A DNA stretch of 64,000 bases from Octopus sinensis (GCF_006345805.1 NC_042998.1:182094001-182158000), one strand, 5' to 3'. Shown: positions 38,601 through 53,519, counted from the first letter of the stretch. The notes: generated by a model from the letters alone, not told the origin. Numbers and translations are program-made.

Positions 38601-38690
38601 AAATATGAAAACACAAATTATGACATAGGGTTGGGCTGGAAACACAAATATGAAAACACAAATTCTGACATAGGGTTGGGCTGGAAACAT
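38601..38690. repeat. 45-bp tandem duplication
   Basis: AAATATGAAAACACAAATT(A/C)TGACATAGGGTTGGGCTGGAAACA(C/T) twice. Confidence 0.9.
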
Positions 38691-38839
38691 TCGTACTTAT
38701 GTGATAGTGTTAACATCGTACCGTACCATATGAACTCACTATAGAAAAAAGTGAGTTAAATTCCTCCCTCTTGCATGCTCACGCGCACACATACACACAC
38801 GCAGAGGAACATCTGTCTGTCTGTCTCTCTCTATCTCTG

Positions 38840-38927
<88 letters not shown>

Positions 38928-40197
38928 AGTATCTTCTCAATTTGCTGGCAAAGTTTTATGAGTGTATTTCCCCAATTACAAACCGACTCCTTTCGAATCT
39001 CCACTTGACACAAGCCAAGTAGTAATTCCGTGAAGTTAATTGAGCTGTGAAAGAGCTGCGTGTCCTTAAGACGTCTTATACTATCTTGTGTTCACAGATT
39101 GTCACCAAACAGACTTGTGTCACGAAGCACTGGACATTAGTTAGAGAAAGCACTCGAAAGCTTTCCATTCAAGTGAGACTGCCGTCATCGTTGTCGCCAT
39201 TGTCGATGGCTGAGACAACTGTACTGTCAGTGAAGGAGTCAACCTAGCTCCCTTCTTTCCCAGTTTACTTTTCTTTCTCGTCTATTGTCTCCCCCCCCCA
39301 CTTTCCTACTTATTGCTTCATTGTATGTTTAACTGACAATAGCATCCCTTACAATATGCTTCCATGATTATTACGTATATAGCCGCGTCTCTTTTTCGTG
39401 TTTCTTTACTCCACACTTTTCTTTTGCTTTGATATGTATATCGTGTGCAAAGGAGTCTTTAACACTTACTGTATTGCTTTAGTATATTAAAAAGACACGT
39501 TATTTGACTGTCTGTAATATCGAATATCAATGAAATAAAATATACATTCTGAGATTAATTATGGTTTTCGTTGCTGGTATTTAGCTCCAAGCCAGCTCTG
39601 GTTAAATAGAATTATGACCACAAATAATCCGGCCGTGGCTATTCCATCTATTGTTCAGATATATTGTAAAAAAAGAGCGACATTATCCAATGTGTCTGCC
39701 TTATCCTTAGGACGATGTGTGTGTGTGTGTGCGTGTGGAGTGGTGGTGGTAGTGGTGGTGGTGGTGGTGGTGGTGGTAGTGGTGGAAGCTACGAAAGCAA
39801 TTGGGGTTGCTATTCCTAGTATCCGTGTAGAAAAATTCACTTGGTTTGAACTGAGATAAGTTTTAATTATTGTGGCAGATTTATAAATATGTAATCATGT
39901 GTTACATATACGACCTACGCACAAACGCGCATATTCATACGCATACACACACATACACGAACGTACACATACATATATCTATTAGAGTAACTTATCTGGG
40001 TACCTAAAAAAAAATTTAACCTTGATATCAAAGGTAAATTGGTAAGGCCGAATTTGATTTAAATATCCAGACAAATTACTCGGATCGTTATAACGTTATA
40101 AGCGTCCACAGAAATCTCCAGCATAGTTTCATGTATAACTGAAACCAGTAACAATAACAACAACAACAACAAAACAACAACACACACACACACACAC

Positions 40198-40243
<46 letters not shown>

Positions 40244-41229
40244 TATCATTTTAAAACTGCGTTGTCACAATCATGAAAGAAGCGAGAAACTTATTGCTTT
40301 TAATATAAGTATCATTTACGATTTGTGTTCAGAACACAGCGTGCTAACAGCAATTTATTAGTCACGTGTTTATATGTCAGTACATTACAAGTTTTATTTT
40401 ATATACTTGAATTACTTTAAGATATTTCCTTATGTGAAATTCCTTTTTATCCACTTCTCTTATGTAAAAGAGAAGTGAAAGAAGAAACGTCGAAGTTATT
40501 CTTAGGAAAGGCGCGCTTTTCTTAGCAGCACATCATATCCCTACCCCTTTTTTAGTTGAAGATAACATTTGAAATTTACTTTTAATAAAAAAAAAAGGGC
40601 CAAACCATTACTTGTTATAAATAACATTTATTTATTCATTTATTTATTTATCTAAAAGAGTAGCTCTGTCCAACTCGCTACTTCACCAGACATAGTTCCG
40701 AGGAGAGATAGGGGTAGTGTGTGTGAAATGAAAAACCAATCAAACTAAAGGCGGTGCCCCAGCACGACCACAGCCTCTGGCTGAAACCAGCAAGACTAAA
40801 GAAGGTATTTGTTTATCTGTTTGGCTTTTGACACATGAATTCTCACTTTGGCGTTGGGAATTAAATCGACACCGTATACGTCTGATATTAATTTTTCTCG
40901 ATAACGGAGGGCTGAAAAGGGAAGTTAACTACGACAGTATTCCTGCTGCAAATGGAGAGAGGCGTGATTAAATGCTACATAGCATTTAATCCGGCATCAG
41001 TGTTGGCAAACCCTTTAAGCCCGCTGAAATGTTAATTTCACTAATAACCCTGTTGTTGGAATATCATGTGTATAGATGTGTTTTAGTTATAGGTAAAATC
41101 TTTATAAATAAGGCTTTTATAACATGATCCTGCATATCGATGGAGTGTCACTGAGACACAACACACATGTATAGGTTTTATTTTATTGATATTCGGTAAG
41201 TATATATGAATGTATGTATATGAATATGC

Positions 41230-41284
<55 letters not shown>

Positions 41285-41519
41285 TGTGCATTCTACTTTT
41301 GGGTAAATGCGTATAGATAATTTCGTTTTTGCATTTGGCTTGCAAGATTCTTGACGTGAAGTTGACCTGGAGTAGGGAAAGGATGTCATTGACGAGGTCG
41401 CGAATGGCGTCGAAGGGACTCTGACGAAATAGACGGCTGATTGACAGACTGAAAGATTAATCAGACTGAAAAGATTAATCAAACAATCGATTAGTTAATC
41501 GGTTATTATATAATAATTA

Positions 41520-42082
41520 TTATTATCCTTTCTACTGAAGACACAAGGCCTGAAATTTCGGGGGAGAGGACCAGTCGATAACATCGATTCCAGTGTTCGA
41601 CAGGTACTTAATTTATCAACCCCCAAAAGATGAAAGGCAAAGTCGACAAAATGCAATGACGGACGAAATGCCACTAAGCATTTTGTTTGGCGTGCTAACG
41701 ATTCTGTCAACTCGCTACCTAAATGATAATAATAATAAGCCTTTCTACTAAAGGCGCAAGGCCCGAAATTAGGAGAGGGGGATAGTCGATTATATCGACT
41801 CCAGTACTCTTTTCATCAACCCCGATAGGATGAAAGACAAAGTCGACCTTGGCGGAATAATAATAATAATACTGATGATTCCAAATTTTGGTATAAGGCC
41901 AGCAACTTCGGGAGAGGAGCTAAATCGATTACATCAACCCCAGAGCTCAATTGGTACTTATCTTATTGACTCCGAAAGGATGAAAGGCAAAGTGGACCCC
42001 GGCGGAATTTGAAGTCAGAACATAAAGAAATGCTGCTAAGCATTTCGCCTGGTGTGCTAACGACTCTGCCAGCTCGCTGCCA
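41520..42082 (-). mobile_element. Three tandem SINE family B copies
   Basis: Repeated GTCGAT..ATCGA..CCAG / GAAAGGATGAAAGGCAAAGT(C/G)GAC blocks separated by (AAT)n tails. Confidence 0.82.
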
Positions 42083-42169
42083 TAATATTAATAATAGTAG
42101 TAGTAGTAGTAGTAGTAGTAGTAATAAAATAATATATAATATCAATATAATAATAATAAAATAATATAT

Positions 42170-42560
42170 AATAATTAATAAATGCCCTGATGCAGTACCA
42201 GGCAGGGCTCTCGTGGCTTCTGATCTTAACTGATTGGAAGTGTTATCATGTACATTGTTTTGTCTTGGTATAAAAGATGGGCTACAGCAAATATTCTGCT
42301 CAATACCACAGATTTGCTTGTCAGTTGTTTGACCATAACCAGTTGAGCATGTCCCTTAGTGGCTGACAATATGTGCATCTCTGATCACGAGCAGAAATAG
42401 TGGGGGAACATCAAAGCCATGTGTTGAGAGGGATTCTTTGAGGTTTGAATAATTCACCTCTGGAAACATGGGTGTTTCGTTCAACATCCTTAAACAACCC
42501 TTATTCAGGGACCTTTTGAGCAGGATGGGTTACTCGACCAGAAGAAAATTCTAACGTAGG
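42170..42560 (-). mobile_element. Probable non-LTR retrotransposon 3'UTR fragment ending in an (ATT)n tail
   Basis: Non-coding, repeat-like segment ending ...GCATCAGGGCATTT(ATT)n on the minus strand. Family assignment is from memory only. Confidence 0.4.
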
Positions 42561-43034
42561 CAAATCTTTCAAATATATTGGAGAGAGGGACGGGCTCTGA
42601 GCTCAAATCCAATCGTGGCTAATTTTGCATCTCCGTGACTTAGAGGTTGGCAAAAGATTTATTCGACTAAAAACCTTCAAGGCGGGGCCATAGCATGGCC
42701 GCAGTCCAACTTTTAAAACAAATAAAAGATAAAAGTAATAGATAAAACATAAAAGACAATATTAACCCTTTAAAAAAAATTAATAGTTTATTTTAGAAAT
42801 CATTTCAAAGATTAAGGATGAAACTCACCAGATTATTTAAACCACCTCGTTTAAACCTTGATTTCTTTGTTGAAAGGATTATCGTTTGTATTTGGTTATA
42901 TTTCAAATTTGATAGAGGATAATTCTCTCGCTGACACAGTCGTTCAAAATATTCCTGTCAAATATAAACAAATGCTGATGTATAGATATATATATATATA
43001 TAATATATATATATAATATATATATATATTATAT

Positions 43035-43239
43035 ATATTGTTGTATTTCGGAATGGTCATTTTGCCAGTTTAGCCAATAAAAACACACGCACTATATATT
43101 TGGTGTTACTTGCTTCAGTGTTATTTATTTTTTACATAATTTAATCTTATTTCGGCCAGAGTTCTTTCGTCACACTCTTGTGGCTAAACTGGCAAACTGT
43201 GGCTAAATGGCAAAACGACATTCCGAAATATAACAATAT
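43035..43239. mobile_element. Small MITE in a (TA)n site
   Basis: ATATTGTTGTATTTCGGAATG...TTTGCCAGTTTAGCCA versus TGGCTAAACTGGCAAA...CATTCCGAAATATAACAATAT. Confidence 0.75.
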
Positions 43240-43301
43240 CTGTTTCAACACACGATTTCACATAAAAAATCTTGCACAACAATAAATAAATAAATAAATA
43301 A

Positions 43302-43354
<53 letters not shown>

Positions 43355-43519
43355 CATATATACAATATATATATCATATATATGTAATACATAGATATAT
43401 GACACCTGTCATGACTAAATGCAGAGCAGGCAGTTGGCATAATAAAGTAACTTGTCAATAAAAGGTCATTTTACTTAGATATGTGTGTGTGTGAGTGTGT
43501 GCGTTTGTTTGTATGTATG

Positions 43520-43550
<31 letters not shown>

Positions 43551-43559
43551 TTATGTGTG

Positions 43560-43790
43560 TTTAGATATCTATGTGTGGATGTGTTTGTTTGTCCCCTTCC
43601 ACTCCTTGACAACCAGTATTGGTTTGTTTACAATCGCGTGACCTAGTGGTTCGCCAAAATGAGAGCGATAAAATAAGTATCAGACTCGGAAAAAAAGTAC
43701 TGGGGTCGATTTGTTCGACTAAACCCTTCAAGGGGTGCCTCAACACGGCAACAGCCTAATGACTGAAACAAGAAACAGATAAAAGATACA
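43560..43790 (+). mobile_element. SINE family A, 3' half
   Basis: CCTTGACAACCAG...GATAAAATAAGTA...GGGGTCGATTTGTTCGACTAA...AATGACTGAAACAAG. Confidence 0.75.
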
Positions 43791-43977
43791 AGAATGTGCC
43801 ACAGAGTATATCCAAAACATTAGCCAGAAGACAGTATCGACTAAAATCTATAGATATTCTTGGTAGTACATTATATTTTGAATTGAAACACTGCTAACGC
43901 ACCAACAATAGCTTTATTATGTAAACGTGTGAATTCTCTGTGAATTAAAGAACAGTGGCGATTGAAATTTTGTAAAT

Positions 43978-44151
43978 AGGCGTAGGAGTGGCTGTGTGGT
44001 AAGTAGCTTGCTTACCAACCACATGGTTCCGGGTTCAGTTCCACTGCGTGGCACCTTGGGCAAGTGTCTTCTACTATAGCCGTGGGCCGACCAAAGCCTT
44101 GTGAGTGGAGTTGGTAGACGGAAACCGAAAGAAGCCCGTCGTATATATGTA

Positions 44152-44187
<36 letters not shown>

Positions 44188-44407
44188 TGTGTGTGTATGT
44201 TTATGTGTCTGTGTTTGTACCCCCAACATCGCTTGACAACCGATGCTGGTGTGTTTACGTCCCCTTAACTTAGCGGTTCGGCAGAAGAGACCAATAGAAT
44301 AAGTACTAGGCTTACAAAGAATAAGTCCTGAGGTCGATTTGCTCGACTGAAGGCGGAGCTCCAGCATGGCCACAGACAAATGACTGAAACAAGTAAAAGA
44401 GTAAAAG
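43978..44407 (+). mobile_element. SINE family A, full length
   Basis: Complete head, microsatellite, body and tail. Confidence 0.92.
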
Positions 44408-44439
44408 TGTAAAGAGAATTATAAGCCTTCACTACATAT

Positions 44440-44660
44440 TTTTTTCTACTCTTGGCACAAGGCCCGAAATTTTGGGGGGAGTGGGGGGGAGGCAGTCGAT
44501 TAGATCGACCCACTACGCAACTGGTTCTTAATTTATCGACACCCCGAAAGGACGAAAGGCAAAGTTGACCTCGGCGGAATTTGAACTCAGAACGTAGCGA
44601 CGGGCGAAACAACGCTAAGCATTTAACCCGGCATGCTGACGATTCTCCTAGCTCGCCGCC
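44440..44660 (-). mobile_element. SINE family B
   Basis: Reverse complement of the consensus with the tail CACAAGGCCCGAAATTT. Confidence 0.85.
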
Positions 44661-45299
44661 TTGCCTTCACTACATCTTCACCATAGAAAATAGTCCTATA
44701 CTAGGGCATATAAGCCCCCTTAACGGAAAAATAAGCATTAGTACAAATTGCTTTTTTTTCCCTTACCGGGTCTTATATGCCTTAATATTAGATTATTTTC
44801 TATTGTCAATGTCAATACATAATTCTCTCTCTCTTTCTCTCCACACACACATATATACGCACACATACATGCATACATACATGTAAAGAAACTAACACAC
44901 GTGTAGGCCTAACACACTCATGTATATAAATACCTATATACATATTACTTCTTAAACAGCGCATGGTTCCTTTTTTATTTCCGGAGGAAGGCAGAGATTT
45001 TGTAATATTTTAATTAAGGGCTAACGAGAAACTAATATAGTTCACATTAGTATTGATTAAAATACCACAAAATCAGCTTTTTTAGGAGGAGACGTTTTTA
45101 TGTAATAACTGTATATCAGTTAAATACATTATTTTGCAAATAGTATAAATCAAATATATTTTTTATCAGATTTTCTTTTGGTGTGGATTTGAGTTAAGAA
45201 CTCGTATTTTATCGGCGGTTTCAAGTTATAAATATCTAATTTAATGTCTCATCGAATTATTCAATAATTAATGATGCTGATGATGACGATAATAATAAT

Positions 45300-45515
45300 A
45301 ATCCTTTCTACTATAGGCACAAGGCCTGAAATTTGGGGGAGGGTGATAGTCGATTATATCGACCCCAGTGCGTAGCTGGTACTTATTTAACCGACCCCCG
45401 AAAGAATGAAAGGCAAAGACAACCTCGGCGGAATTTGAACTCAGAACGTAACAGCAGACGAAATACTACTAAGCGTTTCGCCCGGTGTGCCAATGTTTCT
45501 GCCAGCTTACCGCCT
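45300..45515 (-). mobile_element. SINE family B
   Basis: (AAT)n CCTTTCTACTATAGGCACAAGGCCTGAAATT...CTGCCAGCTTACCGCC. Confidence 0.85.
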
Positions 45516-45888
45516 TCTCTTATTATATGGATTTCTGTCGGTTTCGTACTATGGATGTTCAATTGAGAATTATCTACACATTGAATTTAAGTGATTATTC
45601 CACAGGCATGTGGAAATGTTTAAAGAAATGTTTAAAGAAATGTTCGGGAAGAGTCAGCTCGAAACAGTATGAGATAAGGCTGGACCTTTGAACAACAGAA
45701 ACAAAACATCAAACAAACTCCTGCACGTTTACACAGAAGTGATCAAATCTAGGACCTCGTATTTGCGAAACAAAACTTTTTAATTCAGCTATACTCCCTT
45801 CTGTTGCTAACTGACGGTGATCTATTCTGATATATATATATAATATGTAAGTGCGTGTATGTATGTATACGGGATATGTATATATAAT

Positions 45889-45935
<47 letters not shown>

Positions 45936-45961
45936 TATATATGTATGTATATTTATATATA

Positions 45962-45992
<31 letters not shown>

Positions 45993-46009
45993 ATATATAT
46001 ATATGTGTG

Positions 46010-46042
<33 letters not shown>

Positions 46043-46061
46043 AATATATAAATATTATTAA

Positions 46062-46463
46062 GGGTTAAGCAAAAAGTTGCCTTCGCCACATACCGAAAAT
46101 TTAGAAATAGCACCCAAAGACAGCTAATTCCTTTTTACTACAGATATTACTCCACGGATAACAATATTTGTAACTCACATAGGCAAAAAGAAGATAAATA
46201 ACGAAATCAGACTGTCTTCGATTAATCATGGACGCGCTTCTGGGTTAGAATTATACAAATTCATTCCCGTCGTCAGCACAATATTTCGATAATTTATAAA
46301 TCAATCGAAGGCTGTTTGATTTCGTTATTTTTCTTCTTTTTGCCCATGTGAGTTACAAATATTGTTATCAGTGGGGTAATATCTGTAGTAAAAAGGAATT
46401 AGCTGTCTTTGGCTGCTATTTCTAAATTTTGGGTATGTGGTGAAGCAACTTGTTGCTTAACAC
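46062..46463. mobile_element. MITE with ~160-bp TIRs and a TTAA TSD (Kolobok-like termini)
   Basis: TTAA|GGGTTAAGCAAAAAGTTGC ... GCAACTTGTTGCTTAACAC|TTAA. Partial family members at ~48570-48690 and ~52585-52705. Confidence 0.75.
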
Positions 46464-46611
46464 TTAATTATATTTATATATAAAAAAACTTTTTGTAAAA
46501 GTTCCTACCGATAATGGTTCTCTTTACATACCGAAACTACTTGGTAAAATTTATTAATTATTTAATTAATAATTCTTTACCCTTATATTTGTAATGTATG
46601 TATGTATATAT

Positions 46612-46669
<58 letters not shown>

Positions 46670-46689
46670 TATATATATGTTTAAAGGAT

Positions 46690-47045
46690 GGAAGAAAAAA
46701 GAAAACCCAGACGCCCGCATTCCTCCTTTGGATATGTAATATTCGTAAGCATGAAGGACGGAGTAAAATTGAGCCGAGAGGAAAATTGGGTGTAACAGGA
46801 ATTACATACAATGTATAAGAAAGAAGTGTAAGCTGGTACGGCCACGTTACGTGTATGAGGATGAGAGTTTGGTGAAGCGATCCGAGTTGAAGGAACATGC
46901 GGAAGTAGGAAGACAAGGAAAATGTGGTCAAGATAAACATCAAGAGGCTTAACATCACAAAGGAGACGAGAAAAGACCAAAGCACCTGGTGAAAGACTGT
47001 GCTGGAGAAATCTGTCCAAACATTGCAAGCATGGAAAAATGAACT
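46690..47045 (+). mobile_element. RTE-clade LINE 3' fragment (degenerate)
   Basis: LLWICNI...RGKLGVTGI...ERSVSWYGHVTCM...W..VV..NIKRLNITKE..KD...W, resembling the RTE C-terminal 'WYGHV' motif. Confidence 0.65.
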
Positions 47046-47370
47046 AAAAATGAAGATGATGATGATGATGATGATGATGGCGTGCGTGTATGTGTGAGAA
47101 TGTTTGTGTGTGTGTGTAGCTAAAATGTTTACACACACACACACAACAAGACAGAAAAAAGAGAAGAGAGAGAAAAATATCGTGAGGTGCATGTATGGAT
47201 ATAGTAATGGGAAAATACGTAAACCCACTGGATTTAGTATGTAAGCCTTCAAACACCATTAAGTACATGCGTACATGATGTGATTTATCTAACGTATCTA
47301 ATCTTACCGACATTGCACACATAAACAGTTTAATATGAAACAAACGTATAATTTGTCTAGCTAGTCTATC

Positions 47371-47405
<35 letters not shown>

Positions 47406-47435
47406 GTCTATCTGTCTGTCTGTCTGTCTGTCTTA

Positions 47436-47466
<31 letters not shown>

Positions 47467-47557
47467 TTTTTCTATCTATCTATATCTATCTATCTATCTG
47501 TCTGTCATCTATCTATCTATCGATCTTCTGTCTATCTATCTTCTCTATCTATCTATC

Positions 47558-47592
<35 letters not shown>

Positions 47593-47629
47593 CTCTCTAT
47601 CTATCTGTCTGCCTGTCTGTCTGTCTCTG

Positions 47630-47680
<51 letters not shown>

Positions 47681-49259
47681 ATCTATCTATCTATCTATCT
47701 ATCTCTATCGCTCTCTCTCTCTTCCTGTATAATGTGTGTGTGTGTGTGTGTGTATGCATGCGCTCCCGTTTATGTATATATTGGTATTTACGATTGTTTT
47801 TAAGAACACGCATGTGTATGTGTGTTGCACAACGGTGGAAAGAAGAAGAGAAGAAAAAAAAAAAAAAAAAAAAAACAAAGAACAGTCGGCAGTTGCAGAC
47901 ACCATGAACATAGAGAATAATATCTAAGAGTGTAGGTTCCATAGATTTAATTAGTTACATTCTTTATGAATAGAAAAAGGAAAATAAGGAAGACGAAGGA
48001 AAGTGTCTTAAAGAGAACCGAGACATACTTGTTTATCTCATCCTTGAGATGTTGATAAATCTGTCAAGGACTAAAACTGTTTTGTGCGGAGCTTTCTGAC
48101 AAATTGAAGAGGATGTTTGGAAATTCTAATGACTAAAGAGAAGGAAAATATTAACAAAATGGCGTCTCATTCATTCGTTTTCTTTATTCCACACAGGAAA
48201 CTACCATCGTTTAGTTTTTTCTATATGAGTGAGTTATTTTCAACACAAATGATTTAAAGGAATGGAATTCAGGATAAAAAAAAATCTATATTAAATGAAT
48301 TGGGTACAGGGAACAAAAAAAAAATGGACCAATGAAGTAAAAAAAAAAAAAAAAAAAAAAACGAGAGAAAATAAAAAAAGGTAATGTGAAAGAAAAATCA
48401 GATGGAAAATGTGGGAAACATAGAGAAAAATAAACCGAATGAAGCGGCAAGTTGTAAATATATTTTTAAAAGAATCAACGTCTTTCTATGTATGTATGTA
48501 TGTATGTATGTATGTATGTATGTATGTATGTATGTATGTATGTATGTATGTATGCATGTATGTATTATACAAACGGGAATGAATTTGTATAATTCTAACC
48601 CAGAAACGCGTCCATAATTAATCGAAGACTGTTTGATTTCGTTATTTTTCTTCTTTTTGCCTATGTGAGTTACAAATATTGTTATCTGTGTATCTATCTA
48701 TCTATCTTTCTTTTTTCTTTCTTCCTTTCTTCCTTTCTGGTATATTTCTGTTTATGCTGAACAGGGAATCCTTCACTGAATAGATCTTAGCTTAACACGA
48801 TCTGTTATAAATCTCTTTGGTGCTATCAGATCAAGCTAGTTATAACATACTTGTACACCTGTCATTCACTACAACAGCTTATAATGTGTCATTTTCTTTT
48901 TCGAATTTTAAGAACGAGTAACTCCAGGGTTTTGTCACATGTTTTCAACATCTCTGAAGTGAAGTGAACCATGGGTAGATTAATTAGCCTCTTGTATTTC
49001 TCAACTAAAATCAAATATCAAAAGCTTATGTTCGTAATTGGATATTATGAAAACAATACAGAAAGGGTAAAATATATGTGTCCCCGCGTACAACATATCA
49101 TTGACATAAAGCCATTGGCTGGCTTCTGATTTTTACTGTATTGGGTGATGGCGATATGCAGGTCTTCAGCCTATTTAAGGATGGTAAATATTCCCATAGT
49201 AGCTGCTGTTTATTTACAACGGTTTGGTGTAATGAAGACTGGTTTGTGTTAGCGTTCAC

Positions 49260-49329
49260 GCGTGTAAGTGTGTATGTGTGTGTGTGTGTGTACGTGTGCG
49301 AACGCGTGTACATGTGTATGGATGTATGA

Positions 49330-49428
<99 letters not shown>

Positions 49429-49840
49429 CATACATGCACACATATACATATGTATATATTTACACACACATAGATATATATATATATATATATATAGCAC
49501 ATGCATATATATATATCCACACATCCACATATATATATATATATATATAGATATATATATATATATATGCACACATACACACACATATATATATATACAT
49601 ACATATATATATATACACATACATAACATACATACATACATATATATATATATACACACACATTATATATAGATACAATCATATATATAACACTCATACA
49701 TACATACATACATACATAAAACATACATACATATTTATATATATATATACACACATACATACATATATATACACTCACATACACACACCATATATATATA
49801 TATATTATATATATACACATACATACATACATACACACAC

Positions 49841-49878
<38 letters not shown>

Positions 49879-50515
49879 TATGCATATATACGTATACATA
49901 CATGTATACACACACGTATATATACATAATATACTCTATATGTATAATATACCTAAAAATAGCGTGCGCATGTATGTATGTATGTATAGATCAAATACCT
50001 TTGTTGATTCACAGTTATTCTTTCAGATCTCCCGTGGAATTGAATCTCATATTCAGGTATGTCTTGTGATTAATAACGAGACTGAGCCAATCTTATATAA
50101 ATGACTGGGCCAGTTTTACATAAATGTTCGATCCCTCACTCAGCTCGTAATTCGACGTACTGAAGTAAGCACATCATAAGCTAGTCCTGTATATCCAATA
50201 TATTTCTTCTAACTTCATATGAACCAGCCCGTTAACGTCATTCGTTATCTCACGTTACCAATTGTAGCTGACATACAAATTGATCCATTCATTGTATTAA
50301 AGAAGGTGGAGACCCAGTTATTCTTGTCATATAAACTTTTACATAAAATTTTGCTACACTCAAACCGTAGCTCATAAAAATCTTATCTTTATTTTATTGC
50401 TTCTGAACTGGTCTTTCCGTCTCGCTTTGCGCTATATTTTCGGTGCATCTTATGTGTTTAAACATACTTATATACATCAAATATACTTGTATGTAATAGA
50501 TTAAAATTTGTCTCG

Positions 50516-50583
<68 letters not shown>

Positions 50584-50710
50584 TGATATATATATATATT
50601 ATATATATATTATAAATGATATATATAATATATATATATTATAAATGATATATATAATATATATATTATAAATGATATATATAATATATATATTATAAAT
50701 GATATATATA

Positions 50711-50784
<74 letters not shown>

Positions 50785-50815
50785 TATATGTAGATATTAT
50801 ATATGATATGATATA
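49260..50815. repeat. Two very long compound (TA)/(TACA)/(CA) arrays; the second has a repeated TTATAAATGATATATA higher-order unit
   Basis: Directly visible at 49260-49990 and 50515-50815. Confidence 0.95.
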
Positions 50816-51674
50816 TGAGGTAAAAAAAACTTATTTGGCAACATTCTTTCGCCGGAGTTAATTCGTCGTGACTGTAATTTCTTTAGTTGAATAGTTTGAA
50901 GTGTTTTTTTACGGTATGAAACAGCTTTAACGTTCTCGACAGAGATTTTGTGGCTTCGCTGACTTGTTTTTATATATTGCTGCTGGTTTCTACTTTTCTT
51001 CCCCATCCAACAACACAGAAGCAATAAATACGGTCGTTAACGTCTTCATGTTGTTTGTAAAGAAATAAAAAGAATAGCTCCCCCCCTTGAGTTGATGTTT
51101 TGTTGAAGTGACACACAAGAGTAATTTGTTTATTTATGCTTTAAACACCTGATTAAATTTCCTTAGTATTTTTATCATGTCAAGGAAGGAAAAGAAGGGA
51201 TAACAGCAGGAGGATGATGAAGATGATGATAATGATGTTGATGGTGATGATGATGACGACAACAACGACGACGATGATGTTTGATTAGGGGAAGCGCCTA
51301 TAGCTTGTGTGTGTGTGTGTGGCTTCTCAAATCAGAATGCTGGAGAAGAATGTGTGAGACTGATGTGATTAATATGGAGCTAACTGGAAGTGTTGTATGT
51401 ACTATGTCTGCAACTCTCTTTATTTGGTAAATGCCGAAAAGTAAAAATAAACTTCAAGCAAATTTGAGAAGACTTGGTCTCAATTCTAGCTTCTGCCGTT
51501 TCATTTATTTTACATAACTAATACTCTAATTCTCTTTGGGAAATGCATGGATTACAAAATATTTCGTTACGTCTCCTCCGTCGTCTGTACAGTCAATAGG
51601 TCTAATCATAAGAAAATGATTGCCACTGATCGCAAAAGATCAAGAAATAACCAATACATAGTGCACACACAAAT

Positions 51675-51727
<53 letters not shown>

Positions 51728-52523
51728 AACAATAGAAAATATTTGGTAAACTATTGCACTGTAGAGAAATCACCGAAGAAACTCATTCATCTCGTGTTGC
51801 AAAGGTAAATCCGATTGACCACACCTAGCATTCTTCGTGTGAGTTCGTAGTCAGGAAGCCAGCAATTTTATGCTGGAAAAAATTGAACACTGTGACGTTC
51901 ATGACACCTTCAAAAACATGTTACATATGGGAAATGAAATAATTCTATTCGTGAATACACGAAACGGAAGGCAATCACGGATACGACTCGGTGACATAAA
52001 ATTTTCGAAGCGCATATAATGAACCCTACTCCCACCAAACAAACAAAAAAGCCTCTCTAAGATTCGTATATATAAAAAAAAAATCACGAAGAGCTTGTTC
52101 TTGCTGTTGTGACGGATTTTAATTCTTAGTAAGTCGTGAAAGGCTTTAAAAAGGACCTTGCCGTCTTTGAGTATTGTAAAGCAACATACAGCTGAGTCAC
52201 CAGCAGAACTTATCTAAGATTTTTGTTCAGACAATCTTAATTGTTTGGTCATGAGACCAAATCTCACAACTGCCATGCCCCTTCCCCGACTCCATGGCAG
52301 GAGGTCACGAATTAAGTTACGTGTCAAACTGAATGAATGAAGCAAAATAACTGAAAACGTACACAATGTAAGTATCTGAAGACACGTGATTGCCCTGTAC
52401 TCTGACCTTTTGTCTCTCCAAAACAAAGAAATAAGCGTTGGCTGTCTGCTGCCCTCCTGGGCAACGTATTTACCTTTAATAATATCCGTGTGTATGTGTG
52501 AATATATATATATATATATATAG

Positions 52524-52576
<53 letters not shown>

Positions 52577-52710
52577 TAAGCAATAAAGGGTTTAGCAACG
52601 AATTGCCTCACCACAGACCGAATTTAGAAATAGCAGTCAAAGAGTTATAGCTATTTCTTCTACTAAAAAGGGAGATCTCAGTAAAACACACTTATTACGG
52701 ATAACTATAT

Positions 52711-52800
<90 letters not shown>

Positions 52801-52849
52801 GTATATATATACATACATACATACATGCAAACATTCATACATACATACA

Positions 52850-52884
<35 letters not shown>

Positions 52885-52900
52885 TTATATAAATTAGTTG

Positions 52901-53290
52901 CAGGAGTGTTTTTTCTGGTAAGTAGCTTGCTTACCAACCACATGGTTCCAGGTTCAGTCCCACTTCGTGTCACCTTGGGCAAGTGTCTTCTACTATAGCC
53001 GCGGGTGGACCAAAGCCTTGTGAGTGGATTTGGTTGACAGAAACTGAAAGAAGCTCGTGTGTATGTGTGAGTGTGTATGTTTGTGTGTCTGTGTTTGTTC
53101 CCTCACCATGGCTTGACAACCGATATTGGTGTGTTTACGTCCCTGCAACTTAGCAGTTCGGCAAAAGAGCCCGATAGAATAAGTACTAGGCTTACAAAGA
53201 ATAAATCCCGGGGTCGATTTGCTCGACTAAAGGCGGTGCTCCAGCATGACTGCAGTCAAATGACTGAAACAAGTAAAAGAATAAAAGAAT
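52901..53290 (+). mobile_element. SINE family A, full length
   Basis: Complete head and tail. Confidence 0.9.
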
Positions 53291-53519
53291 ATATGAATAA
53301 GAAAATGGAGATATTGAATAAGAAAATGGAGATCAATAAGATTCTATCATCAGCAAAAAATCGATCATTATCCCTTACAGCTGTTTCGGTTAAGCTTAGT
53401 GAAGCAAAATAAATATTAAAAAATATTTCTGATCGTAATTTGTTCAGCGGGAGAAAAAATATGCCCTTAGATATTTTGTGAGTTAGTTTTTTGAATCATT
53501 ACGACAGACTGAATAATAC

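Noticed and set aside
39098-39172. Plus-strand 75-nt open segment with good AG/GT sites (IVTKQTCVTKHWTLVRESTRKLSIQ)
   Set aside because: There are no partner exons and no recognisable protein similarity. Such sites arise by chance in 64 kb.
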